DNA of 64,000 nucleotides, from sequence record NC_042116.1; one strand, given 5' to 3'. The notes beneath the pieces are model-generated. The model was not told where the DNA came from. It worked only from the letters and a program-made list of their open reading frames with translations, and did not search any database. This document shows positions 21,038 through 31,416 of the stretch, in pieces. Positions within the stretch are counted from its first letter, which is position 1, and each line of letters opens with the position of its first letter. Position numbers and translations under genes: made by a program.

Positions 21038-21342
21038 TGATAACTATAATTTTTGATAAAGACAATGGAATATCAATACCTGATGGTAAAGTGGTAGAGT
21101 TTGCTACTTCAGTACTTGAACAAGATGAAAGTACTATTATTATTAGTCAACAGCTTATCCTTGATGCTATTCGTGCTATGATTTTTCAACGTTCATACAA
21201 TGTAGATAATATAAAACTTGAAGTACATGATAATGGTGTAATAACTACAGTTAAAATTAATAGTGATTGTAGTTTAGAAAACTGGAAACCATTTCCAGAA
21301 ATACAATCAAAAATGTTATATATTTTATGTGGTGGAAAATGA
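21034..21342 (+). CDS. hypothetical protein (paralog of 20726)
   Basis: 'DNGISIPDGKV...SQQLILDAIR'. Confidence 0.7.
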   Translation: MMITIIFDKDNGISIPDGKVVEFATSVLEQDESTIIISQQLILDAIRAMIFQRSYNVDNIKLEVHDNGVITTVKINSDCSLENWKPFPEIQSKMLYILCGGK

Positions 21343-21680
21343 TAAAAAATAAAGAATTTATTATACGGTGTGATTGTCGCGATCATAGAGAACATAGTAT
21401 TCATATAGGCCAGTACAATAGTGGTGATCAATATGATGATGCAAATCTTGGTCAATGTTTAATCAATATGTCATTGGAGATACGTCTTCCTTGGTATAAG
21501 CGTGTATTGGTTGGTTTAAAATATATGTTTGGATATACTAATCATCTTCACTATATTGATACAATTGTAGATGTTGAAGTACTAAAAAATGTAGTTCAAA
21601 AGTTAGATGATAATCGTACTGATGAACAAAAACTAATTTCAGCACAAGATCGCCAAGACACTACTTTTGAGATTTTATGA
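21327..21680 (+). CDS. hypothetical protein
   Basis: 'CDC..REH', 'WYKR....LKYMFG'. Confidence 0.7.
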   Translation: MWWKMIKNKEFIIRCDCRDHREHSIHIGQYNSGDQYDDANLGQCLINMSLEIRLPWYKRVLVGLKYMFGYTNHLHYIDTIVDVEVLKNVVQKLDDNRTDEQKLISAQDRQDTTFEIL

Positions 21681-22045
21681 TGGAAATATTTAATGACATT
21701 TTAAATTTTGACTATTTTTCTGATTTAGGGTATAGTACTACTGATAATAAAAGTATTTTTCAAGTTAAAATCATATACCCTGATTTTGAAAAATATTTAA
21801 TAATTAATAAAATAACATCAAAGCGTGACAAATATTGCACCTTAATCACGGATAATTTTTCATTAATATATGATGGCATTTCATTTATGTTGATAGATAG
21901 TAATGGTATTTTATTAGATAAAATTGAACCATCCATATCTGAAGAATGGTTTTTTCAACAATCTGTTGTTAAAAATTTTAGTGCAGTTGAATATGAAGAT
22001 ATAAAATTGTTAAAAACTGTTCATTCTAAATTATGGGGTGTATAA
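21677..22045 (+). CDS. hypothetical protein ('EExxFQ' family)
   Basis: 'SEEWFFQQSVV'. Confidence 0.7.
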   Translation: MMEIFNDILNFDYFSDLGYSTTDNKSIFQVKIIYPDFEKYLIINKITSKRDKYCTLITDNFSLIYDGISFMLIDSNGILLDKIEPSISEEWFFQQSVVKNFSAVEYEDIKLLKTVHSKLWGV

Positions 22046-22364
22046 TATGCTAAATCCAATTTTTGAAACAATGCTAGATCCAGATAAAGCATATATGAGA
22101 TTTGAACGCTATGATGGTGTGCGTGGAATATTAACCATAAGTACTGAAACGCATGAAGTTCAAATAACAGATAGTTATATAAAATTGGACGAAGTACGTT
22201 ATAACCAAAATTTAGTAAACTCATATCATGGTGTTCCTATATACCGTAATTTAATTGTAATGATAGATTATAACTTATTTTTAGAATCAAATAGCGATGA
22301 AGTACTAGGAGTATCTAAAGATGATGTTACTATTATTCTTGAATATTATAAGAGGTTAGGATGA
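22038..22364 (+). CDS. hypothetical protein
   Basis: 108 aa. Confidence 0.65.
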   Translation: MYNMLNPIFETMLDPDKAYMRFERYDGVRGILTISTETHEVQITDSYIKLDEVRYNQNLVNSYHGVPIYRNLIVMIDYNLFLESNSDEVLGVSKDDVTIILEYYKRLG

Positions 22365-22801
22365 GTAGATACAACATACTTTCAAATTTTGATGTTAATG
22401 ATATGAGAAGAACATTTGATGAATTTTATGAATATAAATCTGTAGTTAATGATGAAAAGTATATGTGTTTTTCAAGTACTATTGAGTTATTAGATGATCT
22501 TGTGGCATCTGTAACTATAACTAAGTACAATGAACATATTCAGTACTTTGGGGTTTGGGATCATAAGTTATCGCATGTAATCTTTGATTCGCAAGATGAA
22601 GGATTTGTTCAGATTTTTGATATTGATAGTATTTTATCTAATGATTGTTTAAAAGAATTTATATCTATCAATGATATTGAAGATGCGGATTTAGAGCGTT
22701 TTAGATTAACACGTGAGAATATTATTGTACTTTTCAATTTACACAGTCAAATTCTGCAAAAATTGAAAAAAGATGAAACAATACAAAAAATTGTGCTATA
22801 A
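22361..22801 (+). CDS. hypothetical protein
   Basis: 146 aa. Confidence 0.65.
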   Translation: MSRYNILSNFDVNDMRRTFDEFYEYKSVVNDEKYMCFSSTIELLDDLVASVTITKYNEHIQYFGVWDHKLSHVIFDSQDEGFVQIFDIDSILSNDCLKEFISINDIEDADLERFRLTRENIIVLFNLHSQILQKLKKDETIQKIVL

Positions 22802-22861
22802 TATGATTATGCTATTTGAACCTTTGGAATAAATAAAATAAAAACCAAAAGGTCAAATAGC

Positions 22862-23590
22862 ATGGAATGTAAAAATTGTAATAAAGATATTTTAAATAAA
22901 AGAAACAAATTTTGTTCTAAATCTTGTTCAGCATCCTATAATAATAAAAATAGGACAATGACCGAAACCTCCAAAATTAAAATCTCCGAAAAACTATCAG
23001 CAAAATATGATTTAGAAATAGTTAAATCGTTAGCTGAAAACGGAACAAATATATTGGAAATAGCTAAATGTTTGGGTGTATGTAAAAATACCGCTAGGCG
23101 TATATTAAGTAATAATAATATTAAAATTATTAAAAAGAAAAAACCTATTAATAAAAGTCCAAGTAAGAGTTTAAAGAAAAATCCACAATTTATTAAAAAA
23201 GAATCAAAATTTCTAATAGATGGTGGTATAACTTGTTCAAAACATAATATAAAATATATTTTTAATGAAAAAAAGAAAATATATGAATGTAAAGGCTGTA
23301 ATGTTGAGTATGTAAATAATCATAGACGAAAAAAGAAGCAAATGACTGTTGATTATAAAGGTGGAAAATGTCAAGTTTGTGGATATAATAAATGTTTAGC
23401 AGCATTAGATTTTCACCATATAAATCCATTAGAAAAAGATTTTAATATTTCAACTAAATTTATTTCATTCGAAAAAATGAAATCAGAACTTGACAAGTGT
23501 ATATTATTGTGTTCTAATTGTCATCGTGAATTTCATGATGGTAAATTAGACTTAACTAAAATAATTGGTAGATTGCCTGAGTCGGATTAA
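22862..23590 (+). CDS. HNH homing endonuclease with N-terminal Zn motif and HTH
   Basis: CKNC..FCSKSC; 'YKGGKCQVCG..LDFHH..CILLCSNCHREFH'; stop overlaps tRNA-Ser. Confidence 0.85.
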   Translation: MECKNCNKDILNKRNKFCSKSCSASYNNKNRTMTETSKIKISEKLSAKYDLEIVKSLAENGTNILEIAKCLGVCKNTARRILSNNNIKIIKKKKPINKSPSKSLKKNPQFIKKESKFLIDGGITCSKHNIKYIFNEKKKIYECKGCNVEYVNNHRRKKKQMTVDYKGGKCQVCGYNKCLAALDFHHINPLEKDFNISTKFISFEKMKSELDKCILLCSNCHREFHDGKLDLTKIIGRLPESD

Positions 23591-23660
23591 GGGAGTTCAC
23601 TGCTAATGAACCGGTCGCTCAAAAGGCGGCCCGTGGGTTCAAATCCCACATCTACCTCCA
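23567..23660 (+). tRNA. tRNA-Ser(GCU)
   Basis: acceptor GGTAGAT/ATCTACC, loop CTGCTAA, long variable arm, CCA encoded. Confidence 0.9.
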
Positions 23661-23681
23661 ATTAATCTTTACTGAGATACA

Positions 23682-24101
23682 ATGAAAATGGCTAAAATAC
23701 AATTAAAAGAAGAATTCATTTTACGAGTGGGTGACACTGAACCAGTAAAATATAATCTTGAAAAGGAAGAACATTGTTTTTCTTATTTCGCATGTACATG
23801 TGATGATGAAGATAAAAAGTACTGGAAAGATAAAATTAATGATCATATGCCTAATTTTGATCCAGAAAAACATGCTGATATTGTAAGCCAGCTTGTAATG
23901 GAAATTAATCATTGTTATCATGGTAGTGTAAGTATTGATTCTGATATGTGGTTTGGAGTATCTACATCATGTCATATTTGGAATAAAGACTTTACTGAAT
24001 ATGAACTTGTTAATATATTCATGCAATGTGATGAAGTCTCAATTGGTTTAATGGCAATTATTGAAATTCTACGAAAGGTAGTATTAGATGAAGAAAATTA
24101 A
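23682..24101 (+). CDS. hypothetical protein
   Basis: 139 aa. Confidence 0.7.
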   Translation: MKMAKIQLKEEFILRVGDTEPVKYNLEKEEHCFSYFACTCDDEDKKYWKDKINDHMPNFDPEKHADIVSQLVMEINHCYHGSVSIDSDMWFGVSTSCHIWNKDFTEYELVNIFMQCDEVSIGLMAIIEILRKVVLDEEN

Positions 24102-24918
24102 ATGGCTGATTCAGGATACATCACGAATGTATTCTGCCATTGAAGACGAAGTAACTCCACTAAAAGAATTAGGGTTTGAAGTAATACCATTTGGTATGAT
24201 ACCATTCACAAATACAATGACTGGAATTGATGACTTAGACCCTGATGATTTTTATATCATTCGAGGTGGTACTAAAGTTGTCCAATTGTTAGATTCTGGT
24301 ACTCCTGATAATTTAAGTCCAGAATTGATTTCGACATTACGTAAAGGTATTTCATATAATCAAACAATGTTTGATCAAGCACATTATTCAAGTAATGGCC
24401 TTTTACCACTACTTAACAGTACTCCAACAATTTTAGATCTATCTAAAGAATCAGATTTATATGCATCATTCAGTACTCCAAAGTTTGTTAAACCGAGTTC
24501 TGATTTAAAAGCATTTACAGCAGGTATTATGGATGAAGGTGAGGTATTAAAATATTTCATTGAAAAACATTATTACCGCACTAACTATGCCGAAGAAACT
24601 GCATTAGTGCATGATGTTGTTGAAATTGATGCAGAGTATCGTTTTATATGCTTAAATGGTGAAGTTATTACCGGTTCAATGTATCGTAAAAATGACCAAT
24701 TAGTATTAAGTTCAAAAATTCCCAAAATTATTCTTGACACTGCTGATGAATATGCATTATTATATCATCCAAGTGAAATTTACACAATGGATTTAGCTGA
24801 AACACCAAACGGTATTAAAATCGTTGAATATAATTGCTGGAATGGTTCTGGTCTATATAAAATGGACACTAAAAAACTTTTCAGTACTATTCATGAATAT
24901 TATAAAGGTAAGTTATAA
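24088..24918 (+). CDS. ATP-grasp protein (DUF4343-like)
   Basis: 'FVKPSSDLKAFT', 'EYRF', 'MDLA...KIVEYNCWNGSGLY'. Confidence 0.75.
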   Translation: MKKIKWLIQDTSRMYSAIEDEVTPLKELGFEVIPFGMIPFTNTMTGIDDLDPDDFYIIRGGTKVVQLLDSGTPDNLSPELISTLRKGISYNQTMFDQAHYSSNGLLPLLNSTPTILDLSKESDLYASFSTPKFVKPSSDLKAFTAGIMDEGEVLKYFIEKHYYRTNYAEETALVHDVVEIDAEYRFICLNGEVITGSMYRKNDQLVLSSKIPKIILDTADEYALLYHPSEIYTMDLAETPNGIKIVEYNCWNGSGLYKMDTKKLFSTIHEYYKGKL

Positions 24919-26195
24919 TGGGTTCATTCCACACTACTTGTGCAGTAAGTAATACTCCTATTCGTGAGGGAGATAAAGTTCGTTTATTTTTCTTGGTTTC
25001 ACATCAATTTAGTTATCGTTATGACCCTCTGCGTCATTCTATTTCTAATGGTTGTCAATGTTATCCACATGATGATTTCACTGTAATTGGTGGAATTTCA
25101 TTGGAAGCTGAGTATTCTGATTACAATACTTATTCATTTGATCAGGAATCTATATACGCTCGTTATATCCGTTATATTATCAAACGTGATTATGCAATGA
25201 ACGTATCAGAAGAAGGTAAAGAATATAATGAATACCATGATCATATGGATATATCGAAAGATGATCTATCATGGGGAAAAATTCAGGATATGATTCACAG
25301 TGGTCGGTTGTTCATTAACAGTTATGGCTCTAATTTACCATTTGTAGCTACTATGGCAATTCATGAATCTGTGTACCAAATTATGTTGAATGAACCATTC
25401 GAACGTTATGTTGGTTATCCTGATGGAATGAATTATAGTTCTGATTTTAATCCATATGAAACTGTTGATTTTAAAAATTTATTGGAAGTTGAATTAACTA
25501 AAGATAATTCAATTGAAGTGAACAAACGTATTGCAGAAATGATGGAACTTCTAAAAGATAAGTTTGAAACTGAACCAGAAAAAGAAGCGGAAACGCTTGA
25601 AATGGTTAAACGTATGGTTAAACGTGAACTTGGATCTCGTCGTGATAATGGTTATGAATATGCGTATTCAGCATTATCACCACTTGAAGAACTCCGTGAA
25701 TTGGCAGAAAAAAATGAATCTGCTGATGAAGATCATCGTGTAGTACTTACACCATTTACTGATTCTGACTTGGTTGCCAAAACGTTTGAAGGTCGGTTCT
25801 TTGATGGACGTATGTACACTCATAATATTATGTACAGGCCAATTATGACTTCTGGACAAGAACATGACTTAACAAGTGATGGAATTTTCTGGATGAAAGT
25901 TGGAGCAGCATTAATGACACTTAATGATCAATGGGAATCCGAAGAACATTTCAGTACTAAAAAATATTCTGAACAATGGCAAGAAATGACTTATGATACA
26001 TTGGTTATTGGTATAAAAGATTGGTATGAAGAAACTGATGTAGAATACATTGATTTCATGACTTCGTTGGAAGAATTATTAAAAGATAAAACAGAAGTTG
26101 AAATTAAAGTAGACGAGTTTAAAAATCCTGAATATCAATTTATTTCAATGTACATATGGAACAAAATGCTACCATTACGTATTTTGAAAAATTAA
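24918..26195 (+). CDS. hypothetical protein
   Basis: 425 aa, 'MGSFHTTCAVS'. Confidence 0.8.
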   Translation: MGSFHTTCAVSNTPIREGDKVRLFFLVSHQFSYRYDPLRHSISNGCQCYPHDDFTVIGGISLEAEYSDYNTYSFDQESIYARYIRYIIKRDYAMNVSEEGKEYNEYHDHMDISKDDLSWGKIQDMIHSGRLFINSYGSNLPFVATMAIHESVYQIMLNEPFERYVGYPDGMNYSSDFNPYETVDFKNLLEVELTKDNSIEVNKRIAEMMELLKDKFETEPEKEAETLEMVKRMVKRELGSRRDNGYEYAYSALSPLEELRELAEKNESADEDHRVVLTPFTDSDLVAKTFEGRFFDGRMYTHNIMYRPIMTSGQEHDLTSDGIFWMKVGAALMTLNDQWESEEHFSTKKYSEQWQEMTYDTLVIGIKDWYEETDVEYIDFMTSLEELLKDKTEVEIKVDEFKNPEYQFISMYIWNKMLPLRILKN

Positions 26196-26200
26196 CAAAA

Positions 26201-26250
26201 AATGCTTGACACTGATAAAATAAAATGTTTTAATATCAGTGTCAAGCATT
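26201..26250. promoter_or_regulatory. 17-bp perfect inverted repeat overlapping a promoter
   Basis: AATGCTTGACACTGATA (26201-26217) / TATCAGTGTCAAGCATT (26234-26250); TTGACA in each arm. Confidence 0.75.
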
Positions 26251-26314
26251 AACAATACATTTTAATTTATAGAAGCACATTTATTTTTTCAACTAAAAGT
26301 AACAGGATGATTTA

Positions 26315-27517
26315 ATGTATAATCAAAGTGGTGACATTATCACGATTGCTCGTGAGTTTGGTAATAAAATCGGTAAAATTCCATCAGGAACTTATACCGT
26401 AGAACAAAATCCACAAACTGGTGAATTTTATCTATTAAAATCTAGCCCATTTATTCGACCATCTAAAGTATACGGTGAAATGTCCACCCGTAACGAAAAA
26501 GTAATTAAAACCTTTTTATCTCGTACTGATAAAAATACTGGTGTATTACTAAGTGGTACAAAAGGTGCAGGTAAAACCCAGCTAGCAAAAGATGTAAGTA
26601 TTGCATTAGCTGAAATGGGAATTCCAACCATTATTGTCCAAAACTGTTATGTTTGTGGTGGATTCATTAATTTCATTAAAGCAATTGAAGATCAAGCATT
26701 AATTTTGTTTGACGAATTTGAAAAAGTTTATAATAAAAGCGAATATCAGGAAGCAATTTTAACATTACTTGATGGTACTGGATCGTACAATAAATTGTAT
26801 ATTCTAACATCTAATAATCGTAATGTGTCAGAATTTTTACGTAATCGTCCAAGTCGTATTTTCTATCATTTTGAATATCGGAAGTTAAGCAAACAAGTTA
26901 TGTTTGATCTTCTAAATGATAAATTGGTAAACAAAAACTATATTCCACAATTTGATACATTATGGGAAGTAGCAGAAACAATTAGCTTTGATATGATTCA
27001 ATGTCTGATTGAAGAATTAAATCGTTACCCAACTCAAACATTCACAGAAACATTCCGTGAATTGAACGTAGAAGTTGATGCACGTGATGGAAACGCATTC
27101 TTACTATCTGAGTTTACCTTAGATGGAAAACATGTGAAATTTGATGAAGAGTTTTATAATCATTTCACTACTTTCTCATTTATGGCTAAGTATGACGATT
27201 TCCGTGTATACTTATTAGCAGAGGAAGGTACTTTGCAAAAAGAACTTCTTGCAATCTCAGCTCGTGTATATGGTGATGAACCATATAAAGAAGATGATGA
27301 TGAAGGTGCACTATACACAAATGATGATGAAAATACGGATGAAGTTAAAATTCGTGAAATTCAATATTTTATTAATCTTGAATTTAATAAATTAGATACC
27401 CAAGTTCGTAGTACTGACATTGTTATTGACCGTGAATTAAATGGTGTTCAACTACATGCTAAGTTTGTAAAAGCTGAATCACCAGATGTTATCGAAACTA
27501 TGTTCGATGGTAAATAA
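26315..27517 (+). CDS. AAA+ ATPase
   Basis: Walker A 'GTKGAGKT', Walker B 'LILFDEFEK', 'LTSN', 'RPSR'. Confidence 0.9.
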   Translation: MYNQSGDIITIAREFGNKIGKIPSGTYTVEQNPQTGEFYLLKSSPFIRPSKVYGEMSTRNEKVIKTFLSRTDKNTGVLLSGTKGAGKTQLAKDVSIALAEMGIPTIIVQNCYVCGGFINFIKAIEDQALILFDEFEKVYNKSEYQEAILTLLDGTGSYNKLYILTSNNRNVSEFLRNRPSRIFYHFEYRKLSKQVMFDLLNDKLVNKNYIPQFDTLWEVAETISFDMIQCLIEELNRYPTQTFTETFRELNVEVDARDGNAFLLSEFTLDGKHVKFDEEFYNHFTTFSFMAKYDDFRVYLLAEEGTLQKELLAISARVYGDEPYKEDDDEGALYTNDDENTDEVKIREIQYFINLEFNKLDTQVRSTDIVIDRELNGVQLHAKFVKAESPDVIETMFDGK

Positions 27518-27754
27518 ATAACAATAGGGAAAGGAATTGTTAGTATTTGTGTACTTCCCCCTTTCCCGAATTTAATACTAAGGACTTCACCCACTCAATG
27601 ATGGTGAAATACCGGCTTCCCCTAAGCATATTGAGACAAAACCATACGGTTACTCTCTTTGGTGTGGCTTAAAGGCTTTCGGGGCTTGTTTGCAGTCAAG
27701 GTGCAAAAACTGAAGTGGTTATGCTGGTGGACGCACCATAAATAACTGCGTTAT

Positions 27755-27825
27755 AGGGGCTTAGCAAAGCGGTTATGCGGGAAATTCCAAATTTCTTGAG
27801 GTGGGTTCGATTCCTACAGTCCCTG
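27755..27825 (+). tRNA. tRNA-Trp(CCA)
   Basis: acceptor AGGGGCT/AGTCCCT, loop TTCCAAA, T arm GTGGG-TTCGATT-CCTAC. Confidence 0.8.
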
Positions 27826-27894
27826 CAAATTTTGCTTGACATATTGTGTGAAGTACTGATATACTATCCCTATCTTAAACGGTAGGGATTTTTT

Positions 27895-28365
27895 ATGAAA
27901 CTTGAAACTAAAGACGGTTACAAAGTATATTTCAGTGCATATCATTTAAAAGTACATGCTGATGTTTGTGAGTACTTAGAAGAAGCAATGAGTACTATTG
28001 ATACAAATTTTGCACCATTTATTAAGGTAGCTGTCCAATTCGATAAGATTGTCGGACAAAGTACATGCGTCAACGTTCATATCGGTGATGAATTTAAATA
28101 TGCTAAACGTATTGGACGTAAATATCCTACTAGGTTTGTATTAAATCGTGAACCAGAACCATGTAGTACTGTCACTGTTATTATGAAACGTACTCCAAAT
28201 AATGAGAAGTACGGCTATACTCTATTGACAGCATACATTGGTGAGTTGGCAACCAAAGAAGTTCATGATCCAAAACTCACTTATGAGGAAGTTCATGAGG
28301 CACATGAGTTTTGGAATTCACATGCATTGATTTGGGATGAATCTATTTTGGAGACTGTATTATGA
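27895..28365 (+). CDS. conserved hypothetical protein
   Basis: 'Y.LLTAYIG..A..E..DP...FW..HAL'. Confidence 0.75.
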   Translation: MKLETKDGYKVYFSAYHLKVHADVCEYLEEAMSTIDTNFAPFIKVAVQFDKIVGQSTCVNVHIGDEFKYAKRIGRKYPTRFVLNREPEPCSTVTVIMKRTPNNEKYGYTLLTAYIGELATKEVHDPKLTYEEVHEAHEFWNSHALIWDESILETVL

Positions 28366-28592
28366 AAAAATATGATCCTATGAAAAATGCACAAAAAGTA
28401 ACAAAACTTACATTAGATGAGTTATTTGGTAAAACTATATCAACCGAATTACTCTTTGATATACATAAACGAACCACAGATAACGATTGTAAATATTACG
28501 GATATTTGAAAAAATTTATACCAACCGTAATTCAACCAGAACCATTAGGTTATTTCGATTACCTAGAACTTAATAATGGTGGAACGTTATGA
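28362..28592 (+). CDS. hypothetical protein
   Basis: 76 aa, coupled. Confidence 0.6.
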   Translation: MKKYDPMKNAQKVTKLTLDELFGKTISTELLFDIHKRTTDNDCKYYGYLKKFIPTVIQPEPLGYFDYLELNNGGTL

Positions 28593-28876
28593 GTACTTTT
28601 ACATTTACTGAAATACAAATTATTGATATTTGGTTATCAAGTTCAACAAAATGTAGTAAATTGAGTTCGAATGAAACATTTATTAATTTAAAACAACATC
28701 TATACAGTACTGGAAATATTAGGTTAGAAGTTGGTATAGATTATCGTATTATGGGTAATGATTTTTACACAAAACAAACATCACAAGTACAAGAACAGAT
28801 ACCACAATTGATTGGTATGATTGAACAAATTGTTTCTAATGTTGGGTTTATAAAATGTTCAGTATCTTGGAAATAA
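28589..28876 (+). CDS. hypothetical protein
   Basis: 95 aa, coupled. Confidence 0.65.
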   Translation: MSTFTFTEIQIIDIWLSSSTKCSKLSSNETFINLKQHLYSTGNIRLEVGIDYRIMGNDFYTKQTSQVQEQIPQLIGMIEQIVSNVGFIKCSVSWK

Positions 28877-28893
28877 ATTAAAAAGGAATAATT

Positions 28894-29475
28894 ATGTCAT
28901 ATGGTTATTGTCCATATTGTGCAGCTAAAGGTGTTAACTGTGCAAGAAATCCAATTGGACCAACTATTTGTGAAAATGGGCATGAATATCCACATGCACT
29001 AAGGCAACCTACTCCTACTATTTTATTCAAAAAAGCAGTTAAACCATTACGAATCTATGTTGATATGGATGGTGTTATTGCTGATTTCGAAGAACATTTA
29101 TTAGGTCGTAATCCTAAAGTTATAAAACTATTACCAGGAACATATATCAGTCTTAAACCAATTATTGGGGCGATTGAAGCCGTTCGAATGTTAATTGAAT
29201 CAGGTCATGATGTATATTTGGCAACTAAGATTCCTACACATAATGTACTTGCAGCTACTGAAAAATTGCACTGGATAAATCAATATTTTCCAGAAATGAT
29301 TGCAAAAACAATTATTACACCAGACAAAGGTTGTTTGCGTGGTGATATTCTTATTGATGATAGAAAACACAAAGCTAATTGTGAAAATTTTGAAGGTACT
29401 TTTATTCATTTTGGAACAGAAGAGTTTCCATCATGGGATGTAGTACTTAAATTTATAGAGGAAATGTTATGTTAA
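28894..29475 (+). CDS. 5'(3')-deoxyribonucleotidase (HAD) with N-terminal Cys-rich extension
   Basis: 'YVDMDGVIADF', 'EKLHW', 'DILIDD'; N-terminal CPYC..C..CENGH. Confidence 0.85.
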   Translation: MSYGYCPYCAAKGVNCARNPIGPTICENGHEYPHALRQPTPTILFKKAVKPLRIYVDMDGVIADFEEHLLGRNPKVIKLLPGTYISLKPIIGAIEAVRMLIESGHDVYLATKIPTHNVLAATEKLHWINQYFPEMIAKTIITPDKGCLRGDILIDDRKHKANCENFEGTFIHFGTEEFPSWDVVLKFIEEMLC

Positions 29476-30023
29476 CAGAAGTACAAAAAATTATTCAACG
29501 TATTGCTGACACTTTAAAAGATAATGAAAATTTTAATATTGAAATCGTAGATGAAGGTGTAGCAATTCAAGTATATTCACGTTCAGGTCAATCAACATGT
29601 TATCATGGTTATGAATTATATCTAATGGAAGAAGTTGTAAAATCGTTGGGTAGTACATTAGAATATAAAATTATTACAGATAATGGTGAAGAAATATTTG
29701 TAGTAACTACAGATGCTAATTTCAACTTACAATCATATATTAATAGTACTAATTTAAAATTACGTTCATTCAGTACTGATACAGTAAACACTGTGTTTAT
29801 TGGTGAAAAATTAACTGATGATTCTCGTGGTGAATTTAGTATTTTAACTGGTTATACTAATGGAACATGGACACGCTGTGATATTACTAAATCAGAATTA
29901 CTATACGCAGCAGTTAATGATCTTTCCATTGAGCCTAATGAAAGTGGAATTTTCTGGTATCCAGTACTTATTAATATGAATGGTGTATTCTTTGATGAAC
30001 TGTCAGAGGTTGCTAATGGGTGA
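29469..30023 (+). CDS. hypothetical protein
   Basis: 184 aa. Confidence 0.7.
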   Translation: MLTEVQKIIQRIADTLKDNENFNIEIVDEGVAIQVYSRSGQSTCYHGYELYLMEEVVKSLGSTLEYKIITDNGEEIFVVTTDANFNLQSYINSTNLKLRSFSTDTVNTVFIGEKLTDDSRGEFSILTGYTNGTWTRCDITKSELLYAAVNDLSIEPNESGIFWYPVLINMNGVFFDELSEVANG

Positions 30024-30102
30024 TGAAAATCACCTTTTTAAGTGGAAAATGTGAAACGCATAAAAAAATTATGGTATAATATATACATATAAAGATGAGA
30101 CA

Positions 30103-30696
30103 GTGGAGAATCAGAAAATGAAAGTTACATTACGTAAAGCACATCGTTTAGTAAAAGAATTGCAATCAAAAGTTTCAGTACGTTTTGAACAAAAAGATGT
30201 ACACCACTCCGCAACAGAGCATGAAATACGTAATGCAATTTCAGAAACTCAAACTGAAAGTTTTAAATCTGTTCGCCGTGCATTAGAAATTCAAGAAGTT
30301 ATTTTTTATATTCGTCAAAGTCTACAAAATGCAAATTCACAGAGTGTGGATGGAAATACGGTCAATTCATTATTGAACCAAAAAGTTCTTATTGAAGCAC
30401 AAATGAAGGTTCTTTCTTCATTTCGTGAACCATCAAAAACAAAAGATGAAGACTCTATTAATCGAGTACTACGTGAAGTAAAAGATAATCATGTAAGTAC
30501 TTCAGAGTATCGTGACACGTACACACGTGTTAGCGGGTTATCTTCTGTTATGCATGATAATTTAAATAACCTTTATGTCTCATTGAAACAAGAGCAAGAA
30601 AAAGTTAGTGATAATTTAGCTTACATTAACAACAAACTTGAAATAGAAATTAATGACAGGTACAACGAGTTGTTAAAAGAACTACAAGTACTTTAA
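30103..30696 (+). CDS. hypothetical coiled-coil protein
   Basis: 197 aa, 'MKVTLRKAHRL', own promoter TGGTATAAT. Confidence 0.75.
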   Translation: MENQKMKVTLRKAHRLVKELQSKVSVRFEQKDVHHSATEHEIRNAISETQTESFKSVRRALEIQEVIFYIRQSLQNANSQSVDGNTVNSLLNQKVLIEAQMKVLSSFREPSKTKDEDSINRVLREVKDNHVSTSEYRDTYTRVSGLSSVMHDNLNNLYVSLKQEQEKVSDNLAYINNKLEIEINDRYNELLKELQVL

Positions 30697-30995
30697 GTAT
30701 GTCATCCGGTGGATGAGGTACTAAGGGTGTAAAAGCCCTGATGCTGATGAAGCAGCATTGATGAATTTCAATGCATACCCTAAGCTGTTAAACGCTTATT
30801 GATCAATTACATAGTGTAATTAAACTGAAGAGTTTGCTCCGTTCATTCTAAACAGATATATTCTATCTTGCTTGGTTGTGGAAACGGTATATCTCGATTG
30901 TTGTATTGCTTTATTGTACATTTGAACTGTTGCTTCGCTTCATCGGCACAATCTTTTTGTCTACGTTTTTATGTTGATTATAAAAATGTAGTACT

Positions 30996-31077
30996 GCTGC
31001 CTTCCCATAATTGGTATTGGACCGCACTTGTAATGCGGCGGGGAAACCCATTCTCGGTTCAAGTCCGAGGGGTAGCA
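30996..31077 (+). tRNA. tRNA-Thr(UGU) with long variable arm
   Basis: CCGCA-CTTGTAA-TGCGG; T arm CTCGG-TTCAAGT-CCGAG; acceptor GCTGCCT/GGGTAGC. Confidence 0.7.
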
Positions 31078-31228
31078 CTAATTAGTTATTATATGGCCGA
31101 AGTCACACTCAATGACTATAAATTTGAGTGTTTTATAGAGATTATACAGCAGAAGCTGTTTCGAAGAAATTCTGAGGCAAGTCAGCCAAGAAACAGAATG
31201 ATGTAAAAAAGTACTACGGTACTTTTAT

Positions 31229-31347
31229 CGGGAATTGGTGTAATGGCAGCACAACGTTATAACATAAATTCTTGTAGTAGAATTTCACAGCAACCAAAAC
31301 AATTGCATAGGGAGCCGTGAGATAAGGTTCGATTCCTTGATTCCCGA
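31229..31347 (+). ncRNA. tRNA interrupted in anticodon arm by ACAGCA module (Ala-type loop TTGCA)
   Basis: acceptor CGGGAAT/ATTCCCG, D arm GGTGTAATGGCAGCAC, T arm TAAGG-TTCGATT-CCTTG; insert AAATTCT-tgtagt-AGAATTT-c-ACAGCA. Confidence 0.7.
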
Positions 31348-31416
31348 CTAAATAATGTTAATGACGCTCACACGTAGAAATACGTAGTGGGCTTTTTCTT
31401 TTTATTGAGTCTTATA

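Noticed and set aside
30740-30890. Hammerhead ribozyme (CTGATGA/CTGAAGA and GAAAC present)
   Set aside because: I could not build the three stems around the core; kept only as a generic structured-RNA candidate.
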